Source: Lingula anatina (lineage: Eukaryota > Animalia > Brachiopoda). From it: DNA of 64,000 bases. How positions within the stretch are numbered: the stretch's first letter is position 1; every line of letters begins with the position of its first letter. Under the pieces are notes generated by a model. The model was not told where the DNA came from. It made no database searches and saw only the letters and a program-made list of their open reading frames with translations. Location of the stretch: the NCBI GenBank assembly GCA_051362555.1, contig CM120640.1, positions 61,110,788 to 61,174,787 of the forward strand, in the 5' to 3' direction. This document shows positions 44,249 to 55,900 of this stretch, in pieces. Both the position numbers and the translations under genes were made by a program.

Positions 44249-46947
44249 TTAGTCTAGAGTGATGATTCCATTATCAAGAGATTCTCCTGTAGCTGGACTG
44301 GAGTTATTGCTGATGACTCCAATGGAACTGGTGTTTGATAGAGGTTCGCTGATATTACTTGATATTGAATGTAAAGAGTCTCCCATAAAATCAACAATCT
44401 GAAAATGACAACAATAAACTGTTCTACATCTGCAAATTAAGGAAAAAGTATTGAGTCATTTACAAAGTGAATCATGACCTGGCAAAGGAAAAGTTTTAGC
44501 TACATATATCCAACTGCACTTAATGATATAAATTTTCTGCTTGATATATTCTTTTTGCTAAACACTGCAAGGCTAACTTATTAGAATTTCAACAAAGAAG
44601 AAAACAGTCGAAAAATTAAATATAAAAAAGGTTTATTTTTCAATAAAATATTTGTATTATAGTTCAAATTAATGAAATATTATTACTGAACTAAGAAGCA
44701 ACTTTCATCTCACCTCTGTGTCATCTCTGTTTAATATGCTCATGAGTTCCATGTCTGGAAAAATCATGCCAAATAAGAATATCAAGCTTACTTTTATTAC
44801 TTTTAGAATATCAGCCCTAACATAATTTTCTTGCTAAAATTACTGTAAATGCAACAGACCAATGATTCCTTATAAAGTATAATCAAATATTTAGTAAATT
44901 CACAGAGTATAATTTAATTATTTTGCTTTGAAGATAACCAACCAACCTGACATGGCTGAATTTAATGTAGGTTCTGAGTAGCTGTGTGGCATTGCTGGCA
45001 TACTGCGACCCACTGTTGGCAAAAGGCCTCCTAATGTTGTTGTTCCAACACTGTACAACTGGGGTAGTGGTGGGAGGGTGGCAGAGGGGGCAGCTCTAGT
45101 TCCCTGAATGCCAGTGGAGGGGTGCATCATAGGTGCCTCATTCTTTGCATATTTAGTACTGAAAAATTAACCATTTGAATAATTTGAAACAACTGTGGTC
45201 ATATTTTCAGTGTAGGCGTCTACAAATCCCTTTCTTTGACACATTTAAGTGTTTGACGAATGACATGTTTAAAACATTTCATTGGTTCTCTCGCTTTGAT
45301 TTCTGTATTAAGTGGCATTTCACTTAAAACAAATGACCTCCTTATTAAGGTGAAATTGTATCAAATTGCACTTGTATTTTTTAAAAACTGCACATCACTT
45401 CTAAAAGAAAATTTGCAAGTAAAATTATTCAATAAATTTATGTATTAGTAAGATGAAAAATTTTGAGTGCATGTGCTCTGGCAGTCATATTATTCCTGTT
45501 GGGTTTCAAGACAAAAGAAAGAACAAGACCATTTTAAGGAAAGAAAGTTTAATTTCTCTAAAATAGGTTTTGACATATACATGGTTAGAGGACACATCCT
45601 TCAATATGAATTTCTTAACATAAAAACACTGGTACAAAATGCAATCCATCAAACACAGTCATCCTCAATAAAATGTCAAACCCTCCTGCTTTCTTCAAGC
45701 CATTTCTTAACCTAGTCAAACAAGAGTAAAATGTGATGGCTGTGTTGAAGGAAACAACAATGTAACCATTTTTCATTCCATGTGTCATGGCCATATAATG
45801 AAATAACTAATAACTATGTTCCTTTATCATTTTATGACTGATAGAGCACATGCATACCCAAGCAAGCAAGGTATGAAGGAAAGTGAATAAGGAACTAAGA
45901 AGGGTACTGGCAATTTTATCTCATATTGTGTTATGGTGGGAATGGATAGAATGACAGATAAGGAGGGATGGCTGAAAGGCAATGGTCTGATTTAAGAAAA
46001 CTACAAAATTAGTCCATGAAGTGTTCCTATTGTTAACCTTAAGTTCAAGAATTTTGACAACATTTAAAAAACACAATAACCATATTAAGTAACCATAACA
46101 ATAAACTGATATGAACATATCACTAACAAGTGTTGTTTAAAAATGGCAAGTCTTGCCTTCACTTCACTGTAACAATATTTTGAAGAATAAAAGGAAACAT
46201 TTGCTCAAATCTTAACAAAATTTCCAAAGCAGTCATAAAAACCTTCTCCCATAATAAGGATTGATAAGATCTCTTTGTTTTTAAATGAATTAAAGGCTGA
46301 ACATGACATCAAAAAGGCTGAATATTGAGACAATCTAATGACTTTGGAGTGGATACTGTACATATGCAACCTGTCATAAAGAAGTTGGACAAATTGCCCC
46401 AACACCATTTTAAAGCACGTCAGCTGTTTAAAACTAAAAACTTAACAATCGGTGAGATAATTATAAGAAGCAGTTGACCTCCAAGTGTTTACTTTAACAT
46501 GTGTTCTGTGTTGAAATAGAGCTTTGGATATCTGTTTTTCAATATCTACTTCATCTAAGTATATTGTCTCATACTTGTTTCCCAAATTAAAAAATCTGTC
46601 AAAATCTGACATACCCATAAAAAACTTGCCTGCAGTTGCATAAATGAATAAAATGTTACTTATTGAAAGAAATACAATTCATAAATCTACAATAAAGATG
46701 ATCCATGTCAAAAAAATTGTGTATGTTAATCTATCATACCAGTTTTACCTTATGTTAGAATAAGGAAACGCAAGCTAAAAGAAAGCTTTAAGAAATTGCA
46801 CTTTTAACATAATTTCAAAATTTTATATAACTAAACATTGCATCTACCATGTTTTGTAATTTAAGACATCAGCTCTTTTAACAACTGTACACTTTCACTT
46901 TTGATATTATACATATATTTACACGTCATAAATAAAATAAATATATT

Positions 46948-46979
<32 letters not shown>

Positions 46980-49900
46980 TTGAACTATATTATTAATTTT
47001 TTTACATATAAGACATACAAATACTAATATCTTTGGTCAAAGATGAAGGCTCATGGCACTGCAAAATATTGGAGCACAGATCTTTGTCCAGGCACCATGT
47101 CTAGCTTGCTCCTCATTCATGAACAAGAAAAAAATTGCACCCATTTAATCAGTAGGATGAGACAGAAATGTAAATGTCCTGTAATTGGTAAAAGACATAG
47201 GTAAAATGTTTGCCAATAGCTAAGGAAAATAATAACCCATTTTTAAGTCTCCAATTTGTGGTTATTTATTTATTTTTTTTTTTTGAGCAACTGACTGAAA
47301 CAAAACTTTTTCCACAGAGAATTAAGTTAAAAAAAAAATCCAAAATATTAACTGTTTTACAGGACAATGGGTCTAAGTCAATGTTTGCCCTCTCTATCAT
47401 ATACTAAGGGGAGCATATTGCTGTGGTTCTAGACAAGATTTAAAAAGAAATCTGAGCATATGACAATTTACTTGAACTGACTGAAAGCATCCTCATTATC
47501 CTTATACTATCCACTCAGCTAAATAATGGAATCATCACTGTCCATTTCCATTATCCTTGATAAATGGTAATTCTGAGTGGGTGGTGTTTGATAATACCCA
47601 AATCCTTGTGGATAATACTGCTGGTGTTGATGCTGATAACCGCTTCCCAGCATCACTTCCATAAAGTCTTCAAACTCAGTTCGTGATATAGGTTCCATGT
47701 TACCCTGGATGCCATTGAAGCCAAGGCCAGATAGAGCATTTCCAGAATGGGCAGGTGGTGGGGTGGGGACAATGGTGTTAATGGAGGAGGTAGAGGAACA
47801 CTGAGAGGACTGAGAGGTTAATGGTGAGTACTGAGTAGAGCTGTATAGAGGAGAGTGTGGGCTGGAATGTAACGGTGTATGAGGCTGACTAGGTGGTGTG
47901 TATGTTGTCACCCTAGGTGGGGTATCTAAGCTTATCAGAGGAGGACTCACACACCCTGAGGCTGCAGCAGCTGAAGATGCTGACAGTGGAGAAGCATGCT
48001 CTTCTTTGCAATCTTCATCCTCATCACTGGAACTATCCAATGTCAGATCAATGACTTGAGCTTCTTTCTTCACTGGAGTGCTCACTGTACCGCTAGTGCT
48101 TGGCTCTGCCATAGCAACTGATTCTAGCAATAGGCAAAACAAAAATTTACAAATGAAAACCATGCAAATGGTTTAAAAGTACTCTTAGAACTCCTTAAAA
48201 TGTATAGCTATAAAAAAACTAAGACATTATGGTAACCTGTATTAAAAATGAATCTAAGCCTGTGCATGAAGCTTTACATTGCCATGTAAATGAACATTTT
48301 CAAAAAACTTATCAAGATTTTATGAAGAGACAGTCATATGATCCAAGACCCTTTCGTGATGGGTCAAACATCGTGCCTCATAGGAAAAAAAAATTGTCTT
48401 TAGACTTTTTACTTTTTCACCAAGACATTACTTGCTTTAACAAAAGTAAAAACACTGGCTTATATCACATGTGCATTTTACCTTTTTTCATTGTTGCTGG
48501 CTCTCTAGCTTTTGAGACAGGACTAGACAAAACTTGAGCATCATTTTGTTTTCTAACAGGGATCCAAGAGCAGTCTTCATTGAAAACAATCTCATTGTCA
48601 TTTGGACACTGTCGAAATATCTCAGTAAACAGCCTGAAATTTAAATGCACTTGCTGACTTATTTTCAGATGAATTACAGGTATTTTCTTTGTGTCAACAA
48701 GTAGAACTATCCATTCAGTAAAAAACGCTGACATTTATAAAGTTGCACTACTTACCCATCAATAATCAACTTTTCAAATGATGTTGGTTTATCACATACA
48801 GGGCATATCCAAGTGGGCTTCTTTTCATTCATTTGCAAGAAGGTGTAGGCATCAAAACACTGTAAATGAGTGCATGTGCTGGCTCTGCAGGGAATCTGCA
48901 TACGCATCTTACCCAGCTGAAAATGGTATTTTTTAACTTGTAAATATAAAAATTCTCAATATATGAATATTTGGCAACTGTTTCCTATCATTTCCTCCAC
49001 AGCAAAGACTTTAGTGCTACCAAACACACCATCATATACATATATGCATACATATTCCAAAAAACAAGAAGTTACAGTCAAACTTTGCTCAGAATCTTGC
49101 ATATCTTGTTGTCAGCCCAAATCTCTGTCACCACATGCAACTAAGAATGGCATACTGACAGAACAACAGCCCACATTGCTGGCTGTTTCAGGACCCCTGG
49201 AATTTCATCATAGCACAAAATACAAATAAATAAATAACATTGCTCAGAATCTTGCATATCCTGTTGTCAGCCCCAAATCTATGTCACCACATGCAACTGA
49301 GAATGGTATACTGACAGAACAACAGCCCACATTGCTGGCTGTTTCAGGACCCCTGCACTTTCATCACAGCATTACCATTTACCATTTATCACACTGCAAT
49401 TACATACTAATGATTTTCAGCAAGCAACCAGAATAAATACATTGTTGTGTCTATTTTACAATCATTACCAACAAAAAATTCTTATCATTAATGGAAACTT
49501 ACAGGACAAATGAGGGATACTCTCAGGCTTGTTGTTGCTATTTCACTGTCAGGGTCATGTGATAGTTTCTCTTTGACTGAAATAATCATAACAACATCTT
49601 ATAACAGAAGAAATGACAAATCTGTATTATAATTTTCTCTTATCTATTCTAAGCCCCTCTGACAACAATTAATAAAAAGAAACTAACAAATAGTTAAAAT
49701 TTTGGAGGGGGAGAACAAGATGGCAGTGTGTGACGAGGACTGTGCGTGAGCTCTGAGTAAACCATAAGCAACAGGCAGTAAGTCTGTATTCTTTGCCACC
49801 GAAATTTTTATAAATGCACCATGAACTGCGGAAGAAGAAGCTAAGTAAGAGATCAGGACTCGAAGTTTTCTGCGTGGGTCTTTTTGAAAGCTTTTTCATT

Positions 49901-52900
49901 ATTCATCACCACGTTACAAGGGAGGTGAGTGTCACTAAGAACTTATAAAAATATTCAAAAACTAAAGGATTTCGTCGAACATTCTGGACAGCGAATGCAA
50001 CTGATACACTGCTTGCTTAATATTGCTACAACTCTGAAAATTACATATCCTTTGATAAATACATTTATAGCATATATACGTACACAGTATATGCATACGT
50101 GGACCTGAACAGTTGTCAAAAATTTCAATGCATGAACAGTTGTCAACACGTACTGAACTATGCACTGGAATATAAAGAGCCATCAATGAACACACCCCAT
50201 GTAAAAAAAAAAAAAAATAGCTATAAAAGTATAAGGGACACTTAGAAGAAATTCTATACTTTGTCATTTCAAGAGTCAAAGCATTATACAACCAAAACTT
50301 ACTTAGTGCCCTAGAGTGGTCTGGATGCCGAATACCATTACGTTTTAATCTATCCAGTAGTATTTCTGATGTTAGTTTTTTCACTAGATAAACTGCCACA
50401 CAGTAGCCCTGAAAACAACACAGTTCCTGTCAGAGTTAGCAGTGAAAAAACTATACAAACATCCAAGATCTGACTGATGCTGATAGGGAGAAGATAAATA
50501 AAAATCTTTTGAAGTGATCTGTGACACATTGAAAGTCAAAGGAAAGCTCTAATGAGCAATATTGCTAGACTCTGAGAACTTGACTATCTTATAAGATGAT
50601 AAATTTTGAAAGTCACTTTGCTGAAATGATGCATGTCTCTTTGTGCAGGAAACACAGCTAAACCATGCAACTTTTACTTACTCTTCCAAACTCTGATGCC
50701 CATGACACGGTGATGTGGTTGGGCACAGTTGGAGATATCCTGCAGAGTGGTGTTATGTTCACTGGCCTGCTAGGACGTTTGGGTTCAACTCCTGGTTTGT
50801 TAGTGGGAATTGGATTCTGGAAAAAAGTTTTTCTGAACATCACAGATAACACGTTTCACTGAAGAGCACTGAACAGGTATACTGGTATCTTACAATCTGA
50901 TACTCAATCTCAAACCAGTGTGGCAAATCAAATATCATACTGTATGAATTAAAATGAAAGAAAAGAAAGATGCCAAACCGTCCTCTCTATTCAAAGGTTC
51001 ATTGAAAAGGCTGAAAGCCCATCATGAATATCATCATTACATATTTTAACTTATAAACAGAGCACCGAAATAAATTGGCTTACTGGAAGAGGAGCTAACT
51101 TTCCATTGATCCTGACACAAATGCTTGGAGGAAAATTATCTGCTTGTTCACAGCTGGTTTCCAAAAGGCAGAACCTGCAATTAATATTAAGGGCCTTTTA
51201 AGCAATGTTGGACAAACTTTTTTCTTTTTTTCCTTCGTTATACATTTGTTTTAAAACACATAACAAAAGTATTATTGATAAAGAAAATTATTAAATTTTC
51301 TTAAATGTATTTAACTTCAAAACTCTACAAATAACAACTATGAATTGGTCAGATATATAAATAGTGAAGTATACAGGTTTTACCTGACTACAACCAATAA
51401 ATTTATTAAAAAGACCATTTTCCCCTGACATCTTTTCAGTATCTAAATTTCCAACTAAAATAAATATCTGACAATCGTGTTCTATCATTTTACAGGTACA
51501 CACTTACATGCTATTAACTATATCTTCATATATTAAAATAGGTTGTAAAGCTCAAACTTTGCTCAGAATATTGCATATCTTGTTGTCAGCCCAAATCTCT
51601 GTCACCACATGCAACTGAGAATGGTATACTGACAGAACAACAACCCACATTGCTGGCTGTTTCAGGACCCCTGCACTTTCATCATAGCACAAAATATAAA
51701 AAAATAAGCAAATAAATAAATAAAACATATTTGAACATATATTAAAAAAATAATAATAATCTACATACATACATACATACGTACATACATACGTACGTAC
51801 GTATGTACGTACGTACATACATACACACACATTAAATTTCACACAGTGTAAGTTGTTTCATACTGTACCTTAGTTGCACCTGGACCTGGTAGTCTATTCT
51901 TCCACATGCCTTTAAGTCCCTGAGGGATAGAAAAATTCCAGTATAGAAATAATGCTAGATGCTACTTGTTTCTGCTGGATTAATCTGATAAATGTGCAAA
52001 ACACATAATTTTAAGTTTGATCTTCACACATCATAACAAAACAATCAGCATCAGTGAGTTCAACGTTTTCCATTGTATAGACAAATCTTATCACCTCTGC
52101 AAAAACACCCGAATACTTGTATTGGTTACTCACCCATATCTGGACATGGCAACGTCCTGAGCTTGCTGTGGTGTAAGATGGAATACATAGGCTGCCTCTT
52201 GGAATCTACCTGCATTCTTTGGAACTATAATAACAATGTTATACGTTGTGTTCAGGCTGACATCACATTATCATTTGTGAGATCAATATGATGTTAAACA
52301 AGAACTATTTGCAACATACACACACACACATAACACAATTCTTACTAATGAAATGAGTTCAGTGTCAAATTTTTATTGGTCTCAAATTCTGACCTATCTT
52401 TAAAAGGGAAATTGAACATTGCATATCTAATAAAACTTACATAAAAAATTATAATAAATAGCAAGATATAGCAAACATATATTATAAAACTGAAAACGTT
52501 TGCATCATAAATATAAGACAAAATCCTATTTAAAAAAAAAACTAACCTAAACTTGTAGGTTTTGTAAGCTCTCCTAAACAATCATAGAAAGGCAAATGCT
52601 TAAGCCTGACATCAGGATGAATTGGCAGAGCACTGGATGGTGAACTTGGGAGATGTTTGCTACTGTAATCTAATGCATCCCCTAATAATGAACCTGTAAG
52701 GGAAAAATAAGTGACAAATTAAGTGATGACCAAGATATATTGAATAAGCACTTTCAGCTCTTTAAAGGCTTCTTGACTTATAAATAAATTTAAAATAAAT
52801 AAATAAATAAATAAATAAATAGTTATCATACTATACAGCAACACTGCACAGCAATCCATATTCAAAATAATCCAATAAAAAAGGGGCCTCAAAAGTGCAA

Positions 52901-55900
52901 ACTAATAACTTTATTCTGGACTGAACTATTGCAATTACATTATCCAACAAAATCAGGATCACAGTCCTTCCTAGCAAAGACAGGCTCACCTAAATGTGGG
53001 TCTTTAATTGATGCTGCTTGTTGTACCATTACTGGTTGCGGTGCCTGTGGACTGGAGGTATTTTTGGCAGGGAAACGTCTTCTGAAATAGATTAAAAAAT
53101 GCTATACAGCATTTTAAGGCAAAGTTGCCATCACTAGGCATCACTAGCTGTAATCACCATCACAGTACTGGATACATCATTTAAAATGATGACCAAATGA
53201 AAAATATCAGTTAAACATGTAAACTCTTATCTTCATACTTTCTTTGACTTTGGCCCCATTCAGATCAAGAACAGCTGAGCACTAGCTAGAAAGTAACCTA
53301 AATATGGCAGACCTACATGAAAGGAAGACCGCTTAATCCTGTAATGGTCTCTCTGCTTCTCACTTTCCTCCCCACACGTCGTCCCTCAACCTGTTGAATT
53401 GAGCCAAGATTTAATTACTGTGCCCCTGCAGGGACGATGTGTGGGGAGGCATGTGAAAAATTGTTCAACATAACAGCTCCATGTAATGTAATAGGTATCC
53501 AGCAATAGCAAAAATTAAACAGGTTTCATTATCTGTTACATTTTTGTAACAAAAAATTATGATTGAATTGAAATTAATAAACTTTTGACATATTATACTA
53601 TGATTTTCTGCCCTGCATTTTTGGGTGCATTTTATATTCTAAGGGTCCACTGTTCCCAGGGTCGGTTATTCTGAAGGTCCACTATTCCAAGGATCCCCTA
53701 TTCCAAAGGTTCACATAGAGCCCAAACAGCACAAAGTTAGCAAATTAAATGTGCTTCTTCAACACAGAGGGATTATGCAACTAATATAATTTGTTTAAGC
53801 CCATTTATCACTTCAATAAACTTTTTTTGGAATGGCAGATCTTTGGAATAGCAGATCTTCTCAACAGCAGACCCTTAACCCCCCCCCCCCCCCCCATTTT
53901 ATCTCTAGCTTATCCTATTTTCTGCCACAGGTAAATGGTAGTTTTAGGGAGTGTTTCCACAAATCCATTGTACTAGCTGGATTGATCTAACTCTGCTTAA
54001 AGGTCTGGCTAGCCTAATCAAACTGCAAGGGGGTAATTAACGACAGTCAATTACCCTCTAGTTAATCAAGGGGGCGTGCCAGACAATTAAGCAGATTACA
54101 CTGAAAGAAATTAAGTGAGAAGCCCCATGCAGCGTTTGACACTCGCACTCGCCAGCACGCCAATGAGAGTAAAAATTAAATCTGGCGGGTGAAATTTATG
54201 ATGCAAGTCACCATTTTGGCGAGTATATTTATTTCAACTTTCTATATTAAGTGTATCGGCAAAGTTTAGACTCAATAAAAGTCCGATTGACATGCCAATA
54301 TTTACGGGGAAGTTCAGGGAATTCCTCTAACTGCTAACCTCGTTTTTACTTTCATAAGTAATAATCGTGATTGGTTGATGTTGAGGAATTCTGTAGTGAC
54401 ATATTCACAGTCTCACTGTCAATTTTGAAAGCCCCTAGCCTTCGTTTGCGCATAGAAGTAGAGAAAATGTTTGGGCGATGGAGTTTGACGAAGTACGTCT
54501 TGGGATTATGTGCAGTCGATACTTCTGGGATAAAGCTACAAGTGGATCATGGAGCAGGTTTGAAATTTACGAACGCCCCGTAGAAGAGACTGAGAACGTC
54601 TCAGAATCAGCATCAAGTGATGAGTAGACAAAATCAAAGCAGAAACGAACTGATGCAAGCTAACTGTCTGAGCTCTCTGACCCAAAGCATGGTTTTGACG
54701 TTCTCTAAAAATCTTTTTCTGAGCAGAGCAAAAAAAAGTTTTTTCAAACGCACGAAGATTAGCAACGTGTTTAGGGTGAGAGAACTTGAATTACCTAAAT
54801 TGCGCTAATACAATACCATTCAAATAAAGCAATATAACGAATTTTACTTCACCTCAGATACACTTGAAATTTTAACAATCTCGTTAGCTTTACAGCTATT
54901 CACTGATTTCATCTAAGTCAGAGCGACCTACAGAGTTCACCCATAATATCACACGAGTTTAGTTGTAATATTAATAATATTTAATTAAAGCTCATTTTAA
55001 TATTTATCTTGAAACAAGTACTTCTAGAGCCTAAAATGAGTAAAACGATTGATCAAAACAGTTTTATCTTTATTTGCATATGACTTATAACTAACTATGC
55101 AGCATTGGTACCTGATAACATCTCAATCATCAGTCATTACCACATGCCCTGCACTTTGAATATTTGGCTGGTAACTTCTTAATAAAACAGGCTAAGGTCG
55201 GGCTTGTACATTTTCAGTTTGGCCTGTAACTTTCAAACTCACTGGCCAAATTGGCCTGTGCTATTTCAAATGAAGGTCAAACACTGCCCATGGAGTTAGA
55301 TTGATCCAGCTAGTACGATTGGTTTATGGGAACACAGTCTAAGAAGTCAAACATGTTACATTATTCTCTGCAACATTTAGTTACTATCATAATGCAACAG
55401 CTGAAAGCAAACATATTGTATTAGCCTCATTTGGTTTAAAATGTAAATTTTTTAGCCAAAGTCACCCAATAGTAGTAAATCCATCTATCATCAAATCATA
55501 CCTGCAAATTGTTTGTTAATATGTCATATTCATTTGGCTATGTGGCTACTTGGCCAACCTTAAAAGTACCAAAGAAAAGGAACTTCTTATAAACCACTAG
55601 GTTTGACAACCTAGTGTATTTATAGAGAACTGAAATGTTATCAGCAAGATCTCATAAATACTCTTCACCCCATACTGAGTAATATGGCTCTATATAATCT
55701 ATATTCAACTGCATTAATCTGTATTCTACCTTAAATGAGAAATTCTAAAAATAGAAGCAGCCCATAGAGAAGCAGGCATAACTAGACATTTGACTTGGCT
55801 TAAAGCCAAGCTTGAATCTTTCAAATGGCAAGATGCCAATTTCCTCATGATGTACACAGGTATAAAAAAATCAATATATATGCATTATTTTGGAACGATT

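Noticed and set aside
49319-49360. U1 snRNA (GACCCCUGC) as target of the snoRNA guide
   Set aside because: The pairing is shorter than with U6, and the U6 register lands exactly on a known methylated position (C62).
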